Shown here in pieces: positions 24,840-32,281 of a DNA stretch of 45,414 bases. The position numbers and the translations under genes are program-made. The notes below the pieces were generated by a model, which saw only the letters and a program-made list of their open reading frames with translations, was not told where the DNA came from and ran no database searches. Location: NCBI GenBank assembly GCA_046731555.1, contig JBKPLI010000107.1:1-45414 (forward strand). Direction: 5' to 3'. The DNA comes from Actinomycetota bacterium (lineage in GTDB: Bacteria; Actinomycetota; Thermoleophilia; Gaiellales; Gaiellaceae). Numbering within the stretch: the first letter of the stretch is position 1; each line of letters begins with the position of its first letter.

Positions 24840-25714
24840 CCCTCGTCGGCCTCGGCAACATGGGCATCGCCGTGGCGGAGCGCCTGCTCGACGCGGGCCA
24901 CACGCTGGCGGTGTACAACCGGACGTCCGGCCGCGACGAGCAGCTCGTCGCGCGCGGTGCGACGCGGCTCGAGTCGGCGGGCGACGCGCTGCAGGCCGCC
25001 GATGTCTGCCTCACGCTGCTTTCGGACGACGCCGCGGTCGAGGCGGTCGCGGCCGCTGTGCTCGAAGGCGCGCGCCCCGGCACCGCCCTCGTCGAGATGA
25101 GCACGATCTCCGTCGCCGCATCCGCGCGTGTCGCCGACGAGGCGGCCGCGCACGACGTGGCGTACCTGCGCGCGCCGTTCAGCGGCAACCCCGGCGCAGT
25201 GCGCGCCGGCAAGGCCGCGATCTTCGTGTCCGGTCCGGCGGACGCGGCCGAGCGATGCACGCCGCTGCTCGAGTCGATCGCGCCCACCGTGCGCTACGTG
25301 GGCGAGGACGAGCGCGCCCGCGCGCTGAAGCTCGTGCTGCAGATCCTCATCGGCGGCACCGCGGAGCTGCTCGCCGAGGCGGTCGTGCTCGGCGAGTCCG
25401 CAGGGCTCGATCGCGCGACGCTGCTCGACGTGGTCGGCGCGTCGGTCGTCGGCTCGCCGTTCGTCGCGTACAAGTCCGACGCGCTTCGCAACGACGACTA
25501 CTCGGCCACGTTCACGACCGCGATGATGCGCAAGGACGTCGACCTGATCCTCGACCTCGCGCGGCAGGCCGGCGTCGAGCTGCCGATCACGGCCGAGGTG
25601 CGCGACGTGCTCGAGGCGGCGTGCGAGCACGGCCACGCGGACGACGACTTCATCTCGGTCATCCTCGAACTGCAGGAGCGCTCAGGCGCTCGCATCCCCG
25701 TGAAGGACAGGTGA
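24824..25714 (+). CDS. NAD(P)-dependent oxidoreductase of the 3-hydroxyisobutyrate/6-phosphogluconate dehydrogenase (HIBADH) family
   Basis: VALVGLGNMGIAVAERL Rossmann motif, APFSGNPGAVRAGK, LKLVLQILIGG. The start overlaps the SDR gene by 16 nt. Confidence 0.85.
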   Translation: MAAQVALVGLGNMGIAVAERLLDAGHTLAVYNRTSGRDEQLVARGATRLESAGDALQAADVCLTLLSDDAAVEAVAAAVLEGARPGTALVEMSTISVAASARVADEAAAHDVAYLRAPFSGNPGAVRAGKAAIFVSGPADAAERCTPLLESIAPTVRYVGEDERARALKLVLQILIGGTAELLAEAVVLGESAGLDRATLLDVVGASVVGSPFVAYKSDALRNDDYSATFTTAMMRKDVDLILDLARQAGVELPITAEVRDVLEAACEHGHADDDFISVILELQERSGARIPVKDR

Positions 25715-27006
25715 GCGAAGTGAACGAGAACATCGCCTCTCGCGGCGCCACGATGGCGGTCGACTGGGAGCAGCGGGTCAACTTCGACCGGTTGCGCGCG
25801 CACCGGCTCGCGCGCGCGAAGGCGACGCTGGCGGCGTCCGACCTCGGCTGCCTCCTCCTCTTCGACCCGAACAACCTCCGCTACGTCACGAGCACGGCGA
25901 TCGGCACGTGGGAGCGCGACAAGAACATCCGCTTCGCGCTCCTGTTCCGCGAGGACGACCCGATCCTGTGGGACTTCGGGTCGGCCGCGCGCCACCACCA
26001 GCTCTACTGCCCGTGGCTGCCCGAGTCGAGCTGGCGCGCGTGGGTGCCGCCGATGCGCGGCGCGATGGCCGACGCGACGGGCGTGCCCGACGCGCTCGCC
26101 GACATGATCTGGACGGAGCTGCACGAGCGCGGGCTCGACACGGAGCCCGTCGGGATGGACGTGCCCGACATGACGACGCTGCTCGCGCTGCAGCGCAAGG
26201 GCCTCGAGATCACCGACTCGCAGCCCGTGATGCTCGAGGCGCGCAAGATCAAGAGCGCCGACGAGCTCGCGCTGCTCGACCAGGCGGCCGGCATCGTCGA
26301 CGCCGCGTACGAGGAGATCCACCGCATGCTGCGCCCCGGCGTGCGCGAGAGCGAGGTCGTCGCGGCCGCGATGAACGTGCTCTTCGACCTAGGCTCGGAG
26401 CACGTCGAGGCGATCAACGCGATCTCGGGCGACCGCTGCAACCCGCACCCGCACACGTTCTCCGACCGGTTGCTGCGGCCGGGCGACCAGGCCTTCTTCG
26501 ACATCATCCACTCGTTCATGGGCTACCGGACGTGCTACTACCGCACGTTCAACGTGAGCTATGCGACGCCGGCCCAGATCGACGCGTACACCCAGTGCCG
26601 CGAGTGGCTCGACAACGCGATCGAGCGCGTGCGCCCCGGCGTCACGACCGACCAGATCGCCGAGGTGTGGCCGACCGCAGAGGAGATCGGCATGAAGGAC
26701 GAGCGCGCCGCGTTCGGGCTGCAGTTCGGCCACGGGCTCGGCGTCGGCCTCTACGAGGCGCCGATGATCTCGCGGCTGCACTCCTTCGACGACCCGGTCG
26801 TGCTCGAGGAGGGGATGGTGTTCGCGCTCGAGACGTATTGCGCCGCGACGGACGGCCGCTCCGCCGCGCGCATCGAGGAGGAGGTCGTCGTCACGGCCGA
26901 CGGCCCGCAGGTGATCACGCGCTTCCCCGCCGAGGAGCTGCTCGTCACCGGGCGGAACTACGTGCGCGGCGCCGACATCGTCGACGGCAAGCTGGCCGGG
27001 GTCTAG
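25711..27006 (+). CDS. M24 family (creatinase/prolidase fold) hydrolase with creatinase-type N-terminal domain
   Basis: KIKSADELALLDQA, LRPGDQAFFDI...GYRTCYYRTF, HGLGVGLYEAP, VFALETY, ARIEEEVVVT. GTG 25711 overlaps the upstream stop (GTGA). GTG 25720 and ATG 25753 are alternative starts. Confidence 0.8.
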   Translation: MSEVNENIASRGATMAVDWEQRVNFDRLRAHRLARAKATLAASDLGCLLLFDPNNLRYVTSTAIGTWERDKNIRFALLFREDDPILWDFGSAARHHQLYCPWLPESSWRAWVPPMRGAMADATGVPDALADMIWTELHERGLDTEPVGMDVPDMTTLLALQRKGLEITDSQPVMLEARKIKSADELALLDQAAGIVDAAYEEIHRMLRPGVRESEVVAAAMNVLFDLGSEHVEAINAISGDRCNPHPHTFSDRLLRPGDQAFFDIIHSFMGYRTCYYRTFNVSYATPAQIDAYTQCREWLDNAIERVRPGVTTDQIAEVWPTAEEIGMKDERAAFGLQFGHGLGVGLYEAPMISRLHSFDDPVVLEEGMVFALETYCAATDGRSAARIEEEVVVTADGPQVITRFPAEELLVTGRNYVRGADIVDGKLAGV

Positions 27007-27011
27007 GCGCG

Positions 27012-27920
27012 ATGCACCTCCTCATCCGCGCCGGGGACGTCGAGCTCGTCCCCGCGCTGCCCGACCACAGCTCGGGGCTGCGCCGCATGCAGCTGATCGG
27101 CGGCCACAACGGCGCGACGCACACCGGCCTCACGCTCGTCGAGCTGAGCGACGGCTGGGTGGACAGCCACCTGCACTCGTACGAGACGACGTTCTACGTC
27201 TTCGAGGGCGAGCCGACGCTCTACCGCGACGACGCGGGCGTGCGGCTCGTGCCGGGCGCATGCGGAGTGATCCCGGTCGGCGTCACGCACGCGTGGCGGA
27301 GCGACGGCCCTGCGCTCTGGGTCGAGATGGCCTCGCCGCGGCCGCGCCCGCCGGGCGAGCCGCCCGACACGTTCTTCGTCGGCCCGGCGCCGGACACCGA
27401 GCCGGAGCGGCTCGACCTGCGCGACCCGCGCAATCGCAACCTGTTCCTGCTGCGCGAGAGCGACATGGACATCGACCGCCTCAAGCGCGGCGCCTCCGTC
27501 GACGCGCCGACCGTCTCGGCGAGCATGGCGACAGCGGCGCTCGCCTACAGCGGCATCACGGTGAAGATGCTCGTCGACAAGCGGCTCGACGCGCAGCTGC
27601 AGACGATGTTCATGGTCGGCTACCAGCCGGGCGCGGTCGCGCACCCGCACGACCATCCGTTCGAGGAGTCGTACTTCATGCTCGACGGCGAGGTCGACGT
27701 CGTCGCCGACGGCGAGCGCTACACGCTGCGCCCAGGTGACGTGTTCTGGACCGGCGTCGGCTGCATCCACGCGTTCTACGAGGTGAAGGGCAACGCGGTG
27801 CTCTGGCTCGAGACGTCTGCGCCGGGCCCGCCCGACCGCCACTCTTACCGCTTCGAGCGCGACTGGGAATATCTCGCGGAGCGCGTGCGCGAGGAGTCCT
27901 CGGTGTCGACGCCGGACTGA
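27012..27920 (+). CDS. Bicupin (two cupin domains, both with metal-binding His/Glu motifs)
   Basis: Domain 1: SHLHSYETTFYVFEGE ... PGACGVIPVGVTHAW. Domain 2: HPHDHPFEESYFMLDGE ... PGDVFWTGVGCIHAF. Confidence 0.75.
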   Translation: MHLLIRAGDVELVPALPDHSSGLRRMQLIGGHNGATHTGLTLVELSDGWVDSHLHSYETTFYVFEGEPTLYRDDAGVRLVPGACGVIPVGVTHAWRSDGPALWVEMASPRPRPPGEPPDTFFVGPAPDTEPERLDLRDPRNRNLFLLRESDMDIDRLKRGASVDAPTVSASMATAALAYSGITVKMLVDKRLDAQLQTMFMVGYQPGAVAHPHDHPFEESYFMLDGEVDVVADGERYTLRPGDVFWTGVGCIHAFYEVKGNAVLWLETSAPGPPDRHSYRFERDWEYLAERVREESSVSTPD

Positions 27921-28552
27921 TGGAAGCGCCGGTCGATCCCGCACCCGAGCTGCGCGCCCCGTCGCGGATCGGCGAGCGCCTGCGCGAGGAGCGGACGCGC
28001 CAGGGCATCACGGTGCGCGAGATCGCACGCCGCGTCGGCGTCTCGCCGAGCCTCATCTCGCAGATCGAGCGCGACAAGGTGAATCCGTCGGTGAGCACGC
28101 TCTGGAACCTCGTGACGGTGCTCGGCCTGACGATGGGCGAGCTGTTCCCCGACGCCGAGACCGCGCGGCCGGCGCTCGCGGCCGACGGCGACGGGCCGAC
28201 GACGGCCCCGGGCGACCGTGCGGTGATCAACCTCGAGACGGGCGTCCGCTGGGAGCGGCTCACGTCGGGGAGCGACCCGCTCGTCGAGTTCCTGACCGTG
28301 GAGTACCCGCCCGGCGCAGCATCGTGCGACGAGGACTCGCTCGTGCGCCACGGCGGCAAGGAGTACGGCTACGTCGTCCGCGGCCGCCTCGGCGTGCGCA
28401 TCGGCTTCGACGAGTACGAGCTCGGCCCGGGCATGGCGATCTCGTTCGACGCCTCGGCCCCGCACCGCCTCTGGGCGATCGGCGACCAGCCGGCCGAGGC
28501 GATCTGGGTCGTCGTCGGCCGCCAGAACGACACCCGCGGCGCGCTGCTCTAG
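27920..28552 (+). CDS. XRE-family HTH transcriptional regulator with C-terminal cupin sensor domain
   Basis: IGERLREERTRQGITVREIARRVGVSPSLISQIERDKVNPSVSTLWNLVTVLG, then a cupin (HGGKEYGYVVRGRL...PGMAISFDASAPHR). One-nt overlap with the upstream stop (TGATG). Confidence 0.85.
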   Translation: MEAPVDPAPELRAPSRIGERLREERTRQGITVREIARRVGVSPSLISQIERDKVNPSVSTLWNLVTVLGLTMGELFPDAETARPALAADGDGPTTAPGDRAVINLETGVRWERLTSGSDPLVEFLTVEYPPGAASCDEDSLVRHGGKEYGYVVRGRLGVRIGFDEYELGPGMAISFDASAPHRLWAIGDQPAEAIWVVVGRQNDTRGALL

Positions 28553-28656
28553 GAGGATTTGGCGGAACGGCGCTCGGCACAGCGCTCTTTCGCCAAACCC
28601 TCCCAGTCCGAAATCGGGCGGAGGATGGCGCAAAGCGGTTGCGCCGGTCGCGCAGC

Positions 28657-29367
28657 ATGTCGTGGGTGAACAGGCGTCGCTTCCTCGGCGCGTCCCTCGC
28701 GGCGGCCGCAGTCGCCTCGCCGCTCGACGCGCTCGCGGCCCAGCGTGCGCTTCCTCGCCGGCCGCTGCCCGTGCCGCGCGACGGCGTGATCCGCACGGCC
28801 GTCGCGATCGGCGAGGGCGTGAACGTGATCGACATGTCGGGGCCGTGGGAGACGTTCCAGGACGCGGCGGTCGCGCACGCGGCGGGACGGTTCGAGCTCT
28901 TCACCGTCGCGGCCACGAAGCAGCCGGTCGTGGCGAGCGGTGGGCTCACGCTCGACGCGACGTACTCGTACAGGGATGCGCCGCAGCCGCACGTCGTCGT
29001 CATCCCGGCGCACAACGGGACGAGCGAGACGGTCGCATGGCTCCGCCGCGTGTCCCGGCGCGCGCACGTGCTGATGTCGGTGTGCACGGGCGCGTACGTG
29101 CTCGCCGAGACGGGCCTGCTCGACGGGAGGACGGCGACGACGCACCACGGCTCGTGGGACGACTTCGCCTCGACGTTCCCCGAGGTGCGCCTCGTCCGCG
29201 GTCGCCGCTTCGTCGAGCACGAGCACGTCGCGACGGCGGGCGGCCTCACGTCGGGCATCGACCTCGCGCTGCGCGTCGTCGAGCGCTACCTCGGCCGTGC
29301 GGCCGCCGACGAGACTGCCCGGTACATGGAGTACACCCGCGCCCGCACGCCCGGCGTCGTCGCCTAG
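28657..29367 (+). CDS. DJ-1/PfpI family protein with twin-arginine (Tat) signal
   Basis: MSWVNRRRFLGASLAAAAVASPLDALAA, nucleophile-elbow LMSVCTGAYVLAETGLLDG, TAGGLTSGIDLAL. Confidence 0.8.
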   Translation: MSWVNRRRFLGASLAAAAVASPLDALAAQRALPRRPLPVPRDGVIRTAVAIGEGVNVIDMSGPWETFQDAAVAHAAGRFELFTVAATKQPVVASGGLTLDATYSYRDAPQPHVVVIPAHNGTSETVAWLRRVSRRAHVLMSVCTGAYVLAETGLLDGRTATTHHGSWDDFASTFPEVRLVRGRRFVEHEHVATAGGLTSGIDLALRVVERYLGRAAADETARYMEYTRARTPGVVA

Positions 29368-29435
29368 ACCGCGGTTGCACGCCCGACCCCGCGCGGGCGA
29401 TCATCGCGCTCTCCCCACGACCGGACGAGGTGGCG

Positions 29436-30509
29436 ATGCGCTTCAGCTTGTACTCGGAGCTCCAGCTCCATCCAGGCAAGACGCCCGAGCAGCTCTACGC
29501 GGAGGTGCTCGAGCAGATCGACAACGCGGACCGGCTCGGCTTCTACGCCTACGCCGTCATCGAGCACTTCTTCTACCCGAAGTTCTCCGTCTCGACGAAC
29601 CCGACGGCGCTGTTCGCGGCGGCGGCGCAGCGGACGAAGGACATCCGCTTCCGCACGATGCTGCACGTGCTGCCGTACCACAACCCGACCGTGCTCGCGA
29701 GCGTGATCAACGCGACCGACATCCTCACGGGCGGGCGCTACGAGTGGGGCGTCGGCCGCGGGCACGGGTGGCTGCCGCTGCCTGCCGGCGAGCCGCTCGA
29801 CGAGCACGCGCGGCCGCGGTACGAGGAGGCCGTCGACCTGCTGCTCGAGGCGCTCGCGAACGAGCGCTTCTCGCACGAGGGCGAGTACTTCAACGTCGGC
29901 GACTCGCACGTCGTCCCGTTCGTCGACCGCAAGTGGCGCGTCTACCTCGGCGGCACGTCGGACCGGACCTACACGCTCGCGGCCGAGCACGGCTGGGGCG
30001 TCGCGGTGCCGCCGCTCCTGCCCTACAAGGTGCTCGAGGAGCAGATGGACCTCTACCGGTCGTCGTGCGCGGAGCACGGCAACGAGCCGGACATCGTCTG
30101 GATCCACGCGTGCCACCTCGACGAGGACCGCGAGACCGCGCACCGCGAGGCGCGCGACTGGATCAAGGGCTTCATCGACGGCAACGCGTCGCCGCTCACC
30201 GAGTGGCCGAAGCCGCCGGCCGACGACCTCGACAAGGCGGGCTACGGGTTCTACGCGGCCGGGATCATGGAGAGCCTCACGGAGATCCCGTACGAGAAGC
30301 TCGTCGAGGACGACTACGTCTGGGTCGGCACGCCCGACGACATCGTCGAGCGGATCGAGGAGACGCTGAAGGTCTGCGACGGCATCCAGGAGATCGGCAT
30401 CACCGTCAACGCCGGCGGCGCGCCGCACTGGATGGCGATCAAGAACCAGGAGCTGTTCGCGCACGCGGTGGTGCCGCGGTTCGCGGGGACGGAGGTCGCC
30501 GTCGCCTGA
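29436..30509 (+). CDS. LLM-class flavin-dependent oxidoreductase
   Basis: LGFYAYAVIEHFFYPKFSVSTNP...RFRTMLHVLPYHNPTVLA...RYEWGVGRGHGW. Confidence 0.85.
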   Translation: MRFSLYSELQLHPGKTPEQLYAEVLEQIDNADRLGFYAYAVIEHFFYPKFSVSTNPTALFAAAAQRTKDIRFRTMLHVLPYHNPTVLASVINATDILTGGRYEWGVGRGHGWLPLPAGEPLDEHARPRYEEAVDLLLEALANERFSHEGEYFNVGDSHVVPFVDRKWRVYLGGTSDRTYTLAAEHGWGVAVPPLLPYKVLEEQMDLYRSSCAEHGNEPDIVWIHACHLDEDRETAHREARDWIKGFIDGNASPLTEWPKPPADDLDKAGYGFYAAGIMESLTEIPYEKLVEDDYVWVGTPDDIVERIEETLKVCDGIQEIGITVNAGGAPHWMAIKNQELFAHAVVPRFAGTEVAVA

Positions 30510-30519
30510 CTCGACCAGC

Positions 30520-31548
30520 GTGGCCGAGGTGCTCGTCACGACCGTCGTCGGGAGCTACCCGCAGCCCGGGTGGCTCGTCGACCGCGAGCGCCTCGGCGCG
30601 CGCCTGCCGCCGCGCGTGCGCATGCGCGAGCTCTGGCGCGTCCCCGAGGCGTACCTCGAGGAGGCGCAGGATGACGCGACGCGGCTCGCGGTGCGCGACA
30701 TGGAGCGCGCCGGCGTCGACGTCGTCACCGACGGCGAGATGCGGCGCGAGAGCTACTCGAACCGCTTCGCGACCGCGCTCGACGGCATCGACCTCGACGA
30801 GCCGGGTGTCGTGCGCGGGCGCACGGGCGGCGACGTCGTCGTGCCCCGCGTCGTCGGGCCGGTCCGGCGCACGCGGCCGGTCGAGGTGCGCGACGTCGAG
30901 TTCCTGCGCTCGGTCACCGACCGGCGCATCAAGATCACGCTGCCCGGCCCGTTCACGATGACGCAGCAGGCGGTGAACGAGCACTATGCGCGCGACCGCG
31001 ACCTCGCGCTCGCGTACGCGGAGGCGGTGAACGAGGAGCTCCGCGATCTGAAGGCTGCCGGCGCCGACGTCGTGCAGATCGACGAGCCGTGGCTGCAGTC
31101 GCGGCCGGAGCAGGCGCGCGAGTACGCGCTCGAGGCGATCGACGGCGCGCTCGAGGGGATCGACGGCGAGACCGTCGTGCACACGTGCTTCGGCTACGCG
31201 CACGTCGTGCACGACCGTCCCGACGGCTACCCCTTCTTGCGCGAGCTGGCCGACTGCCGGGCTACGCACCTCTCGCTGGAAGCGGCGCAACCGGACCTCG
31301 ACCCCGAGGTGCTGCGCGCAGTCGAGGGCAAGACGATCGTGCTCGGCGTGCTCGACCTCGGAGCGCCCGAGGCGGAGACGCCCGAGGGCGTGGCCGGGCG
31401 CATCCGCCGCGCGCTCGAGGTCCTGCCGCCGGAGCGCCTCGCGGTCGCGCCGGACTGCGGCATGAAGTACTTGCCGCGCGACCTCGCCTTTCGCAAGCTC
31501 GAGGCGATGGTCGCGGGCGCGCGCATCGTGCGCGCGGAGCTCGGCTAG
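30520..31548 (+). CDS. Cobalamin-independent methionine synthase C-terminal-domain family protein (second MetE-like Zn alkyltransferase, 342 aa)
   Basis: TTVVGSYPQPGW, VQIDEPW, His-x-Cys VHTCFGY, distal Cys APDCGMK. GTG 30520 or GTG 30529 could be the start. Confidence 0.8.
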   Translation: MAEVLVTTVVGSYPQPGWLVDRERLGARLPPRVRMRELWRVPEAYLEEAQDDATRLAVRDMERAGVDVVTDGEMRRESYSNRFATALDGIDLDEPGVVRGRTGGDVVVPRVVGPVRRTRPVEVRDVEFLRSVTDRRIKITLPGPFTMTQQAVNEHYARDRDLALAYAEAVNEELRDLKAAGADVVQIDEPWLQSRPEQAREYALEAIDGALEGIDGETVVHTCFGYAHVVHDRPDGYPFLRELADCRATHLSLEAAQPDLDPEVLRAVEGKTIVLGVLDLGAPEAETPEGVAGRIRRALEVLPPERLAVAPDCGMKYLPRDLAFRKLEAMVAGARIVRAELG

Positions 31549-32141
31549 GCCTGCACGAGCGCCGCGAGGCCGCGGTCGCGCTGCAGGCGCTCCAGGGCAC
31601 GCCTCCGTGTCGGGCCGATCGAGCCGACGGGCATCTCGAGGCTCGTCGCGAGGGCGTCGTACGACGCGTCCGGTGCGCTGAGCATCGTGTCGAGCAACGT
31701 ACGCTGGCGGCGCGGCAGCCGGCCGACGGCCGACGCGACAACCTGGCGCTGCTCGCGGTCCACGAGGACGTGCAGCGGCGACTCCCGCTCCGTTGCGGTC
31801 TCGAGCGGCGGCTCGTCCGTCACGACCTCGCGGACGAACTGCTGGTGCTTGCGCAGCGCCTCGCGCCGGGCCGTCACGAGCAGCCACGCCGGCAACGCCT
31901 CGGGGCTCCTCACCTCGGCGATGTGCTCGACGGCGGCGAGCCACGTGCTCTGCACGACGTCCTCGACGTCCGCGTGGTCGAGCCTGAAGCCGCGGGCGGC
32001 CGCCCGCAGCGACGGACTGAGCCGCCGGACGAGCGTCGACCACGCCGTCTCGTCGCCGGCGGCCGCCGCGCGAACCAGGGCGGCCGTGTCCTGTTCGCGA
32101 CGCGGCTGCGAGCCGGACTCGGGAAGTGGATGGGTGTTCAC
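31545..32141 (-). CDS. ECF-type sigma-70 family RNA polymerase sigma factor
   Basis: Region 2: AWSTLVRRLSPSLRAAARGFRLDHADVEDVVQSTWL. Region 4: LPRRQRTLL...SYDALATSLEMPVGSIGPTRRRALERL. GGAGGAG lies 6 nt before GTG 32141. ATG 32156 (longest ORF) has no SD. Confidence 0.8.
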   Translation of the reverse strand: MNTHPLPESGSQPRREQDTAALVRAAAAGDETAWSTLVRRLSPSLRAAARGFRLDHADVEDVVQSTWLAAVEHIAEVRSPEALPAWLLVTARREALRKHQQFVREVVTDEPPLETATERESPLHVLVDREQRQVVASAVGRLPRRQRTLLDTMLSAPDASYDALATSLEMPVGSIGPTRRRALERLQRDRGLAALVQA

Positions 32142-32281
32142 GGTGTGCTCCTCCATGTGCGTTGTCTGGGAGGAGCGTCCGCCCGGGCGGTGGACCGACG
32201 GTCGAGCGCGGGTCGACCGGTGGTGACAGCGCGCGACCGCGGTGGTTAACTCGTGTCAGACACCGCAGAAAGGAGGCGCCT

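Noticed and set aside
28551-28672. AGGAGGA after the XRE stop followed by a TTG-initiated 37-codon ORF
   Set aside because: The SD-to-TTG spacing is only 1 nt, and about 30% of codons end in A/T (non-coding-like). The region is better explained as the 5' UTR of the DJ-1/PfpI gene.
32126-32281. N-terminal extension of the megaregulator from ATG 32126 or TTG 32162
   Set aside because: Third-position G/C drops sharply in these codons. The extension would overlap the sigma factor gene head-on. It also precedes a perfect SD placed for initiation at 32282.
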